Below are positions 26,338-36,450 of a DNA stretch of 64,000 nucleotides, piece after piece. The stretch spans positions 13,620 to 77,619 of the forward strand of contig CAAGHL010000070.1 in assembly GCA_900769665.1 (NCBI GenBank). The letters are read 5' to 3'. This stretch comes from Clostridia bacterium (lineage in GTDB: Bacteria > Bacillota > Clostridia > Christensenellales > CAG-314). Every line of letters begins with the position of its first letter. The first letter of the stretch is position 1. Both the position numbers and the translations under genes were made by a program. Under the pieces are notes generated by a model. It made no database searches. It worked only from the letters and a program-made list of their open reading frames with translations, and had not been told where the DNA came from.

Positions 26338-26742
26338 TTACTCGACGGTAATTACGTGCTTTGCGCTTTCGGGCTTTTCCTTGGGTACGGTGACGGTCAA
26401 CACACCGTTGTCGTACTTAGCCTTGATGAGGGTTTGGTCAACGTCGCCCATGTAGTAGCTACGCGACAACTTGACGCTACGTTCGCGACGGATGTAGCGT
26501 TCGTTTTCCTCTTCCTTGGCTTGTTTTGCGGCGGACACGGTAAGGTAGCCGTTGTCAAACTTCAAATTGATGTCTTCCTTGGCAAAACCGGGCATTTCGA
26601 TGTCGAGGACGTACTCCTTTTCGTTCTCCTTGATGTCGGTCTTCATCAAAGCGGTGTCCTCACCTACATAAAACGGGCGGAAAAATCCGTCAAATGCGTC
26701 TTCCAAAAAATCATTGTTTCTACGAGTGATGTAGTTTTTCAT
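26338..26742 (-). CDS. Hsp20/alpha-crystallin family small heat-shock protein
   Basis: Alpha-crystallin core (YVLDIEMPGFAKEDINLKFDNGYLTVSA...GVLTVTVPK). RBS AAGGAGAT. Confidence 0.9.
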   Translation of the reverse strand: MKNYITRRNNDFLEDAFDGFFRPFYVGEDTALMKTDIKENEKEYVLDIEMPGFAKEDINLKFDNGYLTVSAAKQAKEEENERYIRRERSVKLSRSYYMGDVDQTLIKAKYDNGVLTVTVPKEKPESAKHVITVE

Positions 26743-26951
26743 AACGAATATCTCCTTGTATTCAGTGGATTTTCAACAAGATTGGGTGCCGTGCGCCAAG
26801 TCCGCAACGCCTTCGACATCGGTATTGCCTACATCGGAAACATTGCTAGCGGCATTTGTGCGTGCGCATAAACGGTTACTTACAAAACCATGCACCGCTT
26901 TTGCAAACTTCACAGCCCGATCACTTTGTTGGCAATCTTGCCGTTCGTTTG

Positions 26952-26978
26952 TTAGCACTCTTCCTCATTGACTGCTAA
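26952..26978. promoter_or_regulatory. CIRCE element (HrcA operator) upstream of hsp20
   Basis: TTAGCACTC, N9, GACTGCTAA, versus consensus TTAGCACTC-N9-GAGTGCTAA (1 mismatch). It directly abuts the -10 box. Confidence 0.75.
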
Positions 26979-26979
26979 C

Positions 26980-27007
26980 ACTATACCACATCTACATTAT
27001 TTGTCAA
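26980..27007 (-). promoter_or_regulatory. Sigma-A promoter candidate for hsp20
   Basis: Minus strand: TTGACA (27002-27007), 16 nt, TATAGT (26980-26985). Confidence 0.6.
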
Positions 27008-27120
27008 CGGATTTTTGACAATTTTAGCAAAAAATATTCGTCAAACGTGTACAAATCACGTCCGTTTGTTTACATTAGCCAAAAACAATTAAGTTTCAGC
27101 CGCTTCAAGCATACAAACCG

Positions 27121-28896
27121 CTACTTCAACGCCTCGTATTGACTGTTATATATTTTGGCGTAAAAGCCGTTTGCCGCCATCAGTTCCGCATGGGTGCCTT
27201 GTTCTACAATACTGCCGTTGTTGACGACGAGTATAGTGTCAGCGTTAAGTATAGTACTAAGTCGGTGCGCAATTACAAACGCCGTGCGTCCGACAAGCAA
27301 CTTGTCCATGGCTTCCTGTATCAGCAACTCGGTACGTGTGTCCACGTTGCTGGTCGCCTCGTCAAGTATCAACATCGGTTTGTTTGCCAAGTAACTGCGT
27401 GCAATGGTCAGCATTTGCTTCTGTCCGCCGCTAAGGTTGGTAGTTTCCTCGTTGATTACCGTTTGGTATCCGCCGGGCAACCCGTCGATAAAGCCGTCGA
27501 TGTGCGCAAATTCGCACGCTCTTCTTAAGTCTTCCTCCGTTGCATTCGGATTGCCGTACGCCACGTTGTCGAACACCGTACCTCCAAACAGCCACGTATC
27601 TTGCAACACCATTGCAAACATATCTCGCACCACATTTCTCGGTAAGGTCGCCGTGTCCACGCCGTCGATAAGTATTTGCCCCTCGTCAGGGTCGTAAAAG
27701 CGCATAAGCAAGTTGACGATGGTTGTTTTTCCGCCGCCAGTCGGACCGACGATTGCCACCTTTTGCCCTGCCTTTACCTGCACGCACAAGTCTTCGATTA
27801 GCGGTTTTTGCTTGTCGTAGGCAAAATATACGTGTCTAAACTCAACGTTGCCGCGCACCTCGTTTCGTGTTCCGCAGTCAACTTCCTGCATTTCGGGCAT
27901 ATCCAACAATTTGTACACGCGGTCGGCGCACGCCAAAGTATGTTGCACCGATCCCATGCCGTTGGCAATGCTTTCCAGCGGTCCTGCAAACATTTTTGCA
28001 AACAATATCACGGCAATCACGTCGCCGACGCTAACCACATTGTTGACGGCAAGCACTGCGCCGATGATACACACGGCAACGTAGGCAATGTTGTTGGTAA
28101 AGGCAATTATCGGTTGCACCGTGCCGGACATCCGTTGCGCACGAAACAGTTTTTGGCGATATTGGTCGGTAATTTCCGCCATTTGCTTGTGTTGGTGTTC
28201 CTCCAAATTAAACGCCTTGACAGTGTCGAATCCGCCGTAGTTCTCTTCGACAAAGGCGTACATTTTGCCGTTTACCTTTCTAAACTCGTGCCACGTCTTT
28301 TCGCACCGTGCGGAAATCACAACGGACAGCACCACCGACAGCGGCACCAACGCCACCACGGCAAGCGCAAGCCACACGTTGACGGCAAACATCATATAAG
28401 TAATGATTACTATGCGCACGAAGCCGTCCAACAGCGTGTCTGTAATGAGGTAAATGGTCGAGCTCATATTAGACACGTCGGACATCATGCGCGACAGCAA
28501 TTCCCCCGCAGGAGTGTTATCCACAAAAGACACCGGCAAACGCTGTATTTTGTCGCTGATGCGTATGCGCAAATTTTTGGTGTAGAAGCGTGAGGTAATG
28601 TTGGTCGTCAGTATGACCATTGCCGAGCTGAGCACCCCTGCCGCAATGTAAAACAATGCCGCCTTGGCGCACAGCACGCCCAACGCATACATATCTATCG
28701 GCTTGCCCGTTTCGCCGAAATCGAACAGCATATCCGTCATTTGACTGACGAGCAACGGCGTTTGCGTGGACACCAACACCGAGCCGACGCAAATTACCGC
28801 CGCCAAAACAAACGCCCACGCAATAGGTTTTGTGTCGCGCACCAGCCTAGCCACCGTTTTCATCGCCGTGGAGCGTTCCTTAGGCGTTTTACTCAT
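27121..28896 (-). CDS. ABC transporter, fused permease/ATP-binding subunit (exporter, second half of a heterodimer)
   Basis: Six TM segments plus an NBD with Walker A GPTGGGKTT, signature LSGGQKQ and Walker B LILDEATS. Start trimmed to ATG 28894-28896 behind GGGGGTGA, with an 8-nt overlap with the upstream gene. Confidence 0.9.
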   Translation of the reverse strand: MSKTPKERSTAMKTVARLVRDTKPIAWAFVLAAVICVGSVLVSTQTPLLVSQMTDMLFDFGETGKPIDMYALGVLCAKAALFYIAAGVLSSAMVILTTNITSRFYTKNLRIRISDKIQRLPVSFVDNTPAGELLSRMMSDVSNMSSTIYLITDTLLDGFVRIVIITYMMFAVNVWLALAVVALVPLSVVLSVVISARCEKTWHEFRKVNGKMYAFVEENYGGFDTVKAFNLEEHQHKQMAEITDQYRQKLFRAQRMSGTVQPIIAFTNNIAYVAVCIIGAVLAVNNVVSVGDVIAVILFAKMFAGPLESIANGMGSVQHTLACADRVYKLLDMPEMQEVDCGTRNEVRGNVEFRHVYFAYDKQKPLIEDLCVQVKAGQKVAIVGPTGGGKTTIVNLLMRFYDPDEGQILIDGVDTATLPRNVVRDMFAMVLQDTWLFGGTVFDNVAYGNPNATEEDLRRACEFAHIDGFIDGLPGGYQTVINEETTNLSGGQKQMLTIARSYLANKPMLILDEATSNVDTRTELLIQEAMDKLLVGRTAFVIAHRLSTILNADTILVVNNGSIVEQGTHAELMAANGFYAKIYNSQYEALK

Positions 28897-30637
28897 GGCG
28901 CTCACCCCCTTTGCAATGCGTTTCGGAGTAGCCTTTGCCAAGCTGACTGTCACAAATTTCACGATACGTATTGCAATTTTCAAGCAATTCCTCGTGAGTT
29001 CCGCAACCGACAACTCTGCCACAGTCCAACACATACACCTTGTCACAACGCTTTGCCGTAGCCGCACGTTGCGTGACAATCACCTGCGTTTTGCCTTGCA
29101 AACGGGCGTTTAGCGCACGCCGCAAATTGCTTTCGGTAAGGAAGTCCAACGCCGAAAAACTGTCGTCGAATATGTACACCGAAGCGTCCTTGACGATGGC
29201 TCGAGCAATGTTTATGCGTTGCTTTTGCCCACCGCTTACGTTTGTTCCGTCGGGCGTCAACATGTATTGCAAACCTTCCTCGTGTTCGGCAATAAAATCT
29301 GCCATTTGCGCAACGCCCAACGCCTCAGCGACTTGTTTGTCGTCGGCATCGCGGTTGCCCATACGCACGTTGTCGGCAATCGTGCCTTCAAACATGGTAG
29401 CACGTTGTAACGCCACCGACATGTTGTCGCGCACAACGCCTACGGTCGCTTGGTCGTAGTCCACGCCGCCGAGCTTGCGCACGCCGCTACACGGATAAAA
29501 CCCGAGCAGTAGTTTGACAAGCGTTGTTTTGCCGCTACCCGTGCCGCCTATCACGCCGACGATTTGTCCCTCTTCCGCACAAAAATCGATGTCGGACAGG
29601 GAGTTTACTCTGCTGTCGGGGTAGGCAAATGACACGCCGCTAAACTCGATTGCGCCGCTGAGCTTTGTTTTGTCGACGGTTTTACTTTCCTCGACTGGCA
29701 TGTTCATCACTTCGGCAATGCGCCCTAGACTCACCTTGACGCGCGGTACGGAAGAAATCGACCAACTGACCACAAGCACTGCATTGACAATCAATGCAAT
29801 GTACTGTATCGTGGCAATGATGTCGCCTGCACGTAATGTTTCCACACGTTGCAACCGCACCGCACCCACGTACACAATGGCAACGGTGGCAAGGTTTAGC
29901 GCAAGTCCTGCAAGCGGATTGACAAGACCGCCGATAGTGTTGTTGCGCACATAGCAGTTGTTCATTTCCGTAGTAGCGGCGGCGACGCGTCCGTGCTCGT
30001 AGTTTTCCCTATCAAAGGCACGCACCACGCGTATACCGCCCAAACGCTCGCGCATGATGCGGTTTTGTTGGTCGGTAAGTTGGTCGCCACGCTCCCAATA
30101 CTTGTCTAGTCGCAATGTAACGACAGCCGTTACCACAAGCACCGCCGCCGAAATGCCGAGCAAAATAAGCGGCAACACCCAATCGCCCTTGAAGCTAAGC
30201 AAGATACCGCCGACAAACATAATCGGTGCGGAAATCAGTAAGTACGGCAATGATGTGATTACTTCTTCCAGCCAACCGATGTCGTCGGTACTGCGAGTAA
30301 TCAAACTGCCCGTGCCGACGGAGGAAAACTGCTCGAAGGTAAGCGAATTGACCTTGTCGAAGATTTGACTGCGCATGTCCGCCGTCAGCCGCGAGGAAAA
30401 GTCCGCAGACAACCGCACGTTGACAAGCGACGTAATCATTGCCGCCGCCGCAAGCGCAATCATCACCGCGCCCCTTACATATATGTACGGCAAATTGCCC
30501 GTGCGCACGCCAAGCTCCACAATGTCGCTCATCACGTACGGCAAAAACAATCCGCACAAAGTTTGCGCCGCATATAAAATCATCAAGGCAAATACGTATT
30601 TTGTATATGGTTTTACAAATTTTAGCAATAGTTTCAT
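28889..30637 (-). CDS. ABC transporter, fused permease/ATP-binding subunit (exporter, first half)
   Basis: Walker A GGTGSGKTT, signature VSGGQKQ, Walker B IFDDSFS. Confidence 0.9.
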   Translation of the reverse strand: MKLLLKFVKPYTKYVFALMILYAAQTLCGLFLPYVMSDIVELGVRTGNLPYIYVRGAVMIALAAAAMITSLVNVRLSADFSSRLTADMRSQIFDKVNSLTFEQFSSVGTGSLITRSTDDIGWLEEVITSLPYLLISAPIMFVGGILLSFKGDWVLPLILLGISAAVLVVTAVVTLRLDKYWERGDQLTDQQNRIMRERLGGIRVVRAFDRENYEHGRVAAATTEMNNCYVRNNTIGGLVNPLAGLALNLATVAIVYVGAVRLQRVETLRAGDIIATIQYIALIVNAVLVVSWSISSVPRVKVSLGRIAEVMNMPVEESKTVDKTKLSGAIEFSGVSFAYPDSRVNSLSDIDFCAEEGQIVGVIGGTGSGKTTLVKLLLGFYPCSGVRKLGGVDYDQATVGVVRDNMSVALQRATMFEGTIADNVRMGNRDADDKQVAEALGVAQMADFIAEHEEGLQYMLTPDGTNVSGGQKQRINIARAIVKDASVYIFDDSFSALDFLTESNLRRALNARLQGKTQVIVTQRAATAKRCDKVYVLDCGRVVGCGTHEELLENCNTYREICDSQLGKGYSETHCKGGERHE

Positions 30638-30689
30638 TTTATCTTTGTCGCTTAGGGATCAATCGTCACAGTCGACCGCCTCAAGGTAT

Positions 30690-30721
30690 AAAAAAAAGGA
30701 GGCTTGCATATGCAAACCTCG
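30690..30721 (-). terminator. Rho-independent terminator after rpsR
   Basis: Minus strand: GAGGTTTGCA, TA, TGCAAGCCTC, then T8. Confidence 0.8.
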
Positions 30722-30756
30722 CTTAGTTGGCTTAAAGCTAGAAATCCGTATCGAAA

Positions 30757-31002
30757 TTAGTCGGCAACGTAGGGAATCAAAGCCATTTGACGTGCGCGTT
30801 TGATTGCTACTGCAAGCTCTCTTTGGTGACGAGCGCAAACGCCTGTCATACGACGGGGCAAAATTTTGCCGCTTTCCGTAAGGTACTTTTTGAGCTTAGC
30901 AACGTCTTTGTAGTCGATGCTTTCGGATTTCTCCACGCAGAAGTTGCAAACCTTTCTACGTGCAGGCTTTCTCATAGGCTTTTTGAATTCTTTATTTTCC
31001 AT
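30757..31002 (-). CDS. rpsR: 30S ribosomal protein S18
   Basis: KVCNFC...IDYKD...[18 protein letters not shown]...[13 protein letters not shown]. Confidence 0.95.
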   Translation of the reverse strand: MENKEFKKPMRKPARRKVCNFCVEKSESIDYKDVAKLKKYLTESGKILPRRMTGVCARHQRELAVAIKRARQMALIPYVAD

Positions 31003-31021
31003 TGTTATTCTCCTTGTAAAC

Positions 31022-31441
31022 TTAGAAAGGCATGTCGTTGTCGTCCGCTTGAACTTCCGTCAATGTGTCGATTGTTTGACCGCCTTGACGGGGTGCAGGT
31101 TGACCGGGGGCGGGTGCTACGCCGCCTTGGTTGGCGCGGGACAAAAATTCCACTTGATCCGCACGGATGTCAAATGTTTGACGTTTGACGCCGTCGCGTT
31201 CGTAGCTGCCTGTTTGGATACTTCCTACAACAGCAACTTGGCTACCCTTTACAAGGTACTTGACGCAGTTTTGCGCAAGCGAATCCCAAGTGATGATGTT
31301 GATGAAGTCCGCACGATTTTCGCCGTCACGAGAATAGGGACGGTTGACTGCAATGCTGAAACGGCAATAAGAGTGACCGGATTCAAACGAAGAAGCCGTC
31401 GGATCCTGTGTAAGTCTGCCAATCAAAAATACTTTGTTCAT
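31022..31441 (-). CDS. ssb: Single-stranded DNA-binding protein
   Basis: [16 protein letters not shown]-fold N-terminus, Gly/Pro/Gln-rich linker, acidic tip DNDMPF. Confidence 0.95.
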   Translation of the reverse strand: MNKVFLIGRLTQDPTASSFESGHSYCRFSIAVNRPYSRDGENRADFINIITWDSLAQNCVKYLVKGSQVAVVGSIQTGSYERDGVKRQTFDIRADQVEFLSRANQGGVAPAPGQPAPRQGGQTIDTLTEVQADDNDMPF

Positions 31442-31462
31442 TGTCTTCTCCTCGGTGTCCGA

Positions 31463-31744
31463 TTACTTTTTGACAACCATGAAACGAACTACGCCGTCGG
31501 TGATACGGAGTACGCGTTCCACTTCGTCGGGAAGAGTTGCGGCTGCAGAGAAGTTTACCAAAACATAGTAACCTTCGGTCTTGTAGTTGATGGCATATGC
31601 AAGTTTGCGTGTGCCCCACTTGTCAACTCCGTCGACCGTTCCGCCGTTGTCCGTAACAACCGCATTGATCTTGGCGATAATTGCCTCCTTGGCTTCGTCG
31701 GAAAGATCGTTGTCGATGATGTACAACAATTCGTAACTGTTCAT
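31463..31744 (-). CDS. rpsF: 30S ribosomal protein S6
   Basis: MNSYELLYIIDNDLSDEAKE...KWGTRKLAYAI. ORF 31463..32155 trimmed to ATG 31742-31744 behind AAGGAGGT. Confidence 0.95.
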   Translation of the reverse strand: MNSYELLYIIDNDLSDEAKEAIIAKINAVVTDNGGTVDGVDKWGTRKLAYAINYKTEGYYVLVNFSAAATLPDEVERVLRITDGVVRFMVVKK

Positions 31745-31955
31745 AACTATATACCTCCTTATGGACTTTTGGCAGCGACAGGTAGTCGCCGCAAGGTGTG
31801 CCCGTACTACGAGCAATAGTATTATATAATATATATCCGCGAAAAGCAAGCGTTTTTTTGCAAGTTTTTTAGAAAGATAGATTTGCAACAATTGAATTTG
31901 CACTTCCACTTGAGTAACGACGCATTTAATCGTTTGACCGTCAGGTCGAAGCCTT

Positions 31956-32948
31956 CTAATTGGCTTGCGTGACTGCGACGGGTTGCTTGAACGTGGTAAT
32001 CTTGCCGTTGTCGGCGTCCTGAAACAACATCCAAAACGCAACGGGCGTGCTGTCCACGTAGACAAAATCCTTGTCGAAGAAACCGTCCTTTTCCGCAGGC
32101 AAGCCGTAACAAATGTACCGCACTTTGCCTTCCCGTTGCAGTACGCCAAGCACAAAGTATTTGTCCGAAGAGGGGAAGTCGATACGCACGAAAAAGGACT
32201 CCTCGTACTTTTTGATCAGCGGAAAGTACGGTGGAAACTCCACAAACAGTTTGCCGATTTCTCGTTTGACAGTTTCGTAGTAGTCGCAGTTGGCGCCCGT
32301 GGCGTAAAAGCGGTCGAATGCGTCGCTGTACTCCTCTACGCTTTTGTAACGCCCGTCGGCGGTTTTGCGCAAGGTGGTCAAGTCCATATCGGTGTAGTAG
32401 TCGGCAGTGGACGCAACAAACTCTTCGTATTTGGTGGGGTCTTCGCCGTCGGCACTGCCGTTGGGCAAATTGCCGTCTTGCGCAGTGGCAGAGGTCACCT
32501 GTTCCGTCGCATTGACGGGAGGTTCCGACACGTTTTGCACGGCATTGGCGTTTGTTGCCGACTTTGCAACGGCGGCAGCTACAAGCTTGTCCATGTGTCG
32601 AGCCAATTTGTCGCAAAGGGCAGCCTCTCCAAGCACGCCTCGAGCCGCTTCGTAGCACTTGCCCTCTCGCTTGACAAGCAAGCACCCGATGTTGTCAAGG
32701 TCCTTGACGGGCAAGGCAAACACTCGGTTGTTTAGGTCCGGCAACAACTTTGCGTACACTGCGTCGCCGAAGTTGAGCAACAGCCACCACTGCCCGAAAC
32801 CGCCGTTGTCGGCATTGGTAACAAACACCGTAACGGTGGTTTCCGTGGCGGAATTGTTGACCAGTTTGACCATGCCGCACAGCTCGCGGTTGCGTTCGGC
32901 AAAGCGTTTGTCCGTTTGTTGCAATATCATCACTCGTTTGCAGTACAT
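31956..32948 (-). CDS. Hypothetical protein (330 aa), conserved-looking C-terminal domain
   Basis: ATG 32946-32948 behind GGAGGAA. Central low-complexity linker. C-terminal segment FVLGVLQREGKVRYICYGLPAEK...FWMLFQDADNGKI. No family recognised. Confidence 0.6.
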   Translation of the reverse strand: MYCKRVMILQQTDKRFAERNRELCGMVKLVNNSATETTVTVFVTNADNGGFGQWWLLLNFGDAVYAKLLPDLNNRVFALPVKDLDNIGCLLVKREGKCYEAARGVLGEAALCDKLARHMDKLVAAAVAKSATNANAVQNVSEPPVNATEQVTSATAQDGNLPNGSADGEDPTKYEEFVASTADYYTDMDLTTLRKTADGRYKSVEEYSDAFDRFYATGANCDYYETVKREIGKLFVEFPPYFPLIKKYEESFFVRIDFPSSDKYFVLGVLQREGKVRYICYGLPAEKDGFFDKDFVYVDSTPVAFWMLFQDADNGKITTFKQPVAVTQAN

Positions 32949-33163
32949 ATTTCCTCCGTATTTTGTCCGTTTTGACTGTTTTTGTAACAAAAAAGTGCAC
33001 ACGTATATATTTTTTGCCGACATCGCAATTGTCGACAAAACAAGCCGTCGCACACATTTAGTAGATAGCCATATATTGCCACTACCCCTATTTCGTATAC
33101 AAATATACCAAATTTTTCACGCAGAAAATTGACTTTGTTTGTCGAAATTACTCGAAAAACCGC

Positions 33164-33194
33164 ACAAAAAAGACTGCCGCAAGCAGCAGTCTTT
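33164..33194 (-). terminator. Terminator after the Cys-rich protein gene (bidirectional-looking)
   Basis: AAGACTGC, loop, GCAGTCTT, flanked by A6 and T-rich tracts. Confidence 0.75.
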
Positions 33195-33236
33195 CTAGTT
33201 TTTTCGTTGTCATCACTTTATGGCTACAAACGGTTG

Positions 33237-35438
33237 TCAGCTATACAACTGCGTGTAGTCGCAACCGTCGCAAGTACATTTCCAATATTCGTGTTGCTCA
33301 CCGTCAACAGTCATCTTTTGAATTTCGCCCAACACGTGTCCGTGCCTGTACCAGTCTACTTTCAAATCGCCGTCAAATATCGTTTGCCCATTGTAAGTGA
33401 TTCGCATATGCAAGCTGCCGACAATGTTATTAAACTCGTCGGGATCGCTTATCGATTCGGCATGTTTGATGTTTATTGATGAAATATTGACCAGCAATCC
33501 ACAATCGAGGCAAACATACAGTCGACTTGTTTTTGTACTCGATTTCAGCCACAAAACACGTCCGTGCCTGTCGCCCTCGAGCCACTCGGTATAGTCGTCG
33601 TGGTCTATTGCAAGATACGTTTCGCCCTGCCCGCAAGGACAAGTAGAAATATACAAATTGTGACCGCAGTCGCCTATTTCCTTATCCACGACTTCTTCAA
33701 TGTGGCGGTACTCGATGCGTTCCGTAGTGTCGCCGCACACCGTACAAGTGGATGTCACTTTGACGCCGTCCTTACAACTTTTGCTACCCGAGAGCAGTTC
33801 TGCTGTTTGCTTGTATTCGTGATTATTACGAGCATACTCAACTTCCTGCTTATGGCAAACGGAGCACTCGTACACAAGCTTGCCGTAATACTTGCAACTT
33901 GTCGTTTCGCCCTCGACAAGTTGCATTTTGTGCAGACACTTGTCGAAATCGTACAGTTTTCCCGTATTGATGTCCATAGAGAAGTTCAACCCCGACGAAA
34001 ACTCGTATCTGACGTCCGCGCTCGTATCCAAACCAACGCTTTCGACTTGCGCCTTTGTGAGCATTACTCGTTCGCCGTCTTCTTCCACGTAATAGACAAT
34101 GCTTTCCGTCACGATCATTGGTGAAAACACTACGCACATCAACCAATTGTCACCGCACTCCTCGTACATACCGATAAAGCACGCATTGGCAAAGTTTATT
34201 TTTCTCGTTACGGTGTATATCGAGTAAATTTCTTTTCCTTCAAAACTTGTGCCGCTGTAACCACCGCCATAGGTGTAGCTGTAACTGCCCCACCATTGTC
34301 CGTCGATTTGTTCCACCTTTGCGCTGTTGCGCTCTTCACCCTCGTCAGCCAAAGCTTGCGTAAGTTCCAACGCTTCGCTTTCCGTTGTGGGCGTTTTGAA
34401 TTTGTCTGTGTACTGCGCCACACTATCCACGAATTTGTCGGGATCGAAGTCTATCTTCATATCGGGCAAAACGGTAACGTCAAAGCTTGCCCTAGCCATT
34501 TCTTTGCGAATGTAATCGAGTGCGCCGACAAACCATTTGTCGGTATCGTTTTTCACTTCGAAATCCGACTTTGCGGAAACAGCGTAGTTCCAACGCAATT
34601 CTTTCAACACACCGTCTTTGACGGTAGCACGAATCCCGAGCGCTTCCTCGGCAAGGTCGATAAATGCGTCGGCATAGGACTTCAATTGGTCGGCGGTATA
34701 CTCTCGACCACCGGTGTTGTCGTTTGCCACAACGGCGATTAGCGCATACGGAGTCATATCCTTTATTTGCGGCAAGTACTCTTCCAGCCATTGCTTTACG
34801 CTGTCGATACCGACAAGCTCGCCGACGTTTGTTGCAAGCACTTCCTCGTCGGCAAGCAAACCTGCTACCGTTTTGCCGTCGGGTACTTTGATACCGCAGT
34901 AATACAGCAATTCTTCCAATGTTACGTTACTTCCGCTCACGTCGATAAACGCTTGCGCCAAACTCAAAACGTCGACAACTTTCAAACCGCGCTGTTCCAA
35001 TGCAGACAGTAAATCTTTTACAGTCATCTCGCCGATTTTGTCACAAATTTTCGGTAACGTATCAAGAAATCCTTCACCAAACGCCTTGTCGAAGATGTTG
35101 CGCAAGGTGTATGTTTGCAAGTCTTTGCTGATTTGACGCAAGGAGTCGAAGTTGATCATGTACACATCGCCGTCGTTGGTTGTAGCCTTGCCGACAATGC
35201 CGCCGAGAAACTTCTTGACTGCCGCAATTTCCGCCGCATTTTTGCTTTGCACCGCGTCCAACACAACGTCGAGTTTGGTTGCTAGATCGGATATTGTTTT
35301 GCTGTCGGCATTAAAACCATTAAAGAGATCCGCACCGACCATGCTGTTTGCAAGCGCTTTGATTAGTTCGTCTGCATCGGCAACGAGATAAGCGCGCGCA
35401 CGGACGGTGTGTGTACAAAACGTTCGAATCCAAGTCAA
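33237..35438 (-). CDS. C-terminal ~730 aa of a Cys-rich extracellular protein (no credible own start; continues from 35320..36150 after a frameshift)
   Basis: The ORF-track start is TTG with no RBS. Sequence is protein-like from ...TVRARAYLVADADELIKAL. Multiple CxxC/His clusters (CSVCHKQ, TCTVCGD, CLDCG, CTCDGC). Confidence 0.6.
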   Translation of the reverse strand: MTWIRTFCTHTVRARAYLVADADELIKALANSMVGADLFNGFNADSKTISDLATKLDVVLDAVQSKNAAEIAAVKKFLGGIVGKATTNDGDVYMINFDSLRQISKDLQTYTLRNIFDKAFGEGFLDTLPKICDKIGEMTVKDLLSALEQRGLKVVDVLSLAQAFIDVSGSNVTLEELLYYCGIKVPDGKTVAGLLADEEVLATNVGELVGIDSVKQWLEEYLPQIKDMTPYALIAVVANDNTGGREYTADQLKSYADAFIDLAEEALGIRATVKDGVLKELRWNYAVSAKSDFEVKNDTDKWFVGALDYIRKEMARASFDVTVLPDMKIDFDPDKFVDSVAQYTDKFKTPTTESEALELTQALADEGEERNSAKVEQIDGQWWGSYSYTYGGGYSGTSFEGKEIYSIYTVTRKINFANACFIGMYEECGDNWLMCVVFSPMIVTESIVYYVEEDGERVMLTKAQVESVGLDTSADVRYEFSSGLNFSMDINTGKLYDFDKCLHKMQLVEGETTSCKYYGKLVYECSVCHKQEVEYARNNHEYKQTAELLSGSKSCKDGVKVTSTCTVCGDTTERIEYRHIEEVVDKEIGDCGHNLYISTCPCGQGETYLAIDHDDYTEWLEGDRHGRVLWLKSSTKTSRLYVCLDCGLLVNISSINIKHAESISDPDEFNNIVGSLHMRITYNGQTIFDGDLKVDWYRHGHVLGEIQKMTVDGEQHEYWKCTCDGCDYTQLYS

Positions 35439-36150
35439 CGCGAAGCAAGTCCGTTATCACGCCGTACAGTTTACCGTTTTCCAACACGCCGCTGTACTCG
35501 GCTTCTTGAGCAAACTCGTCGTTGCCGTTTTCGACGGGTATATTGGCTTTGTTGCGTAGTAAGCAATTGACTATCAGTTTGGCGTTGCCATTGGAAAGCA
35601 TACCCCAAACGATGTCGGCTTTGACAACCTGCCACATATTGTCGTCCATACCAAGCAAGTGAGCGTTGTCCTCGGTCAAAAACTCTACGTTGCTAAATTT
35701 GATACCGTACTCGAAGGCTTCCGTTTTGCCGTCTGTGCCCACTGCCGCCACCGCCGAAAAACGTCCGCAAATAAGACAAATGCCCGACGGCGAATAACTG
35801 TGTTTGCCGCTGTCCACCTTTACATTGTGTCCGCACGTGGCATTTTTCCAGTGTTCGGCTTCGTCACTCGACCAAAAGCTTTCGGTTGCGTGTCCGCTAG
35901 TAACCTTCTTATAGTTGCACACGGTACACGTGTAGGTCATCTCACCGCAATCGTCACCCTCGGCAGGCTTTGTTTGCACGCCTTTGTCAAATACGTGCGG
36001 TTGCTTCAACGTTTCACCGTCCGACTTGACCCAATGGTACTCTTGGTCAAAGCCGTACTCGATGTCCCCGTTCGTCACACCGTCGCATGCGCCTAGCACA
36101 AATGCAAACGCAAGCACGACACACAACGTCAATAGCAGTTTATTCTTCAT
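35320..36150 (-). CDS. N-terminal lipoprotein portion of the same Cys-rich protein (frame lost near 35392-35414)
   Basis: ATG 36148-36150 behind GAGGAGGT. Lipobox LAFAFVLGAC. TYTCTVCNYKK..GH and GICLICG modules. The last ~30 codons are Arg/Cys-rich out-of-frame-looking sequence. Confidence 0.6.
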   Translation of the reverse strand: MKNKLLLTLCVVLAFAFVLGACDGVTNGDIEYGFDQEYHWVKSDGETLKQPHVFDKGVQTKPAEGDDCGEMTYTCTVCNYKKVTSGHATESFWSSDEAEHWKNATCGHNVKVDSGKHSYSPSGICLICGRFSAVAAVGTDGKTEAFEYGIKFSNVEFLTEDNAHLLGMDDNMWQVVKADIVWGMLSNGNAKLIVNCLLRNKANIPVENGNDEFAQEAEYSGVLENGKLYGVITDLLRVDLDSNVLYTHRPCARLSRCRCRRTNQSACKQHGRCGSL

Positions 36151-36420
36151 ATTACCTCCTCAAATCAAATACATATATTTATATTAAAAACATATGTTCT
36201 TGTTGTATATAGTAAAGTATTTGAAAGCAAAAATCAAGCGTTACAAGAAAGAAAATGCAATAATGAAAATATGACAACATTATTTGCTTTTGCAACTGTT
36301 TTCGGTTATGTTTTTCACCGGTAACCGCACTCTCCAAAATGATTAGCGACAATGCGGAAACCTTATAACCGATATTACAATCAACAATATCTTGAATTTT
36401 CCGACAGTCGACTGTAATCA

Positions 36421-36450
36421 AAAAAAAAGGCACAAGCCTAAGCTCGTGCC
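36421..36450 (-). terminator. Rho-independent terminator after the HAD hydrolase gene
   Basis: Minus strand: GGCACGAGC, loop, GCTTGTGCC, then T8. Confidence 0.8.
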
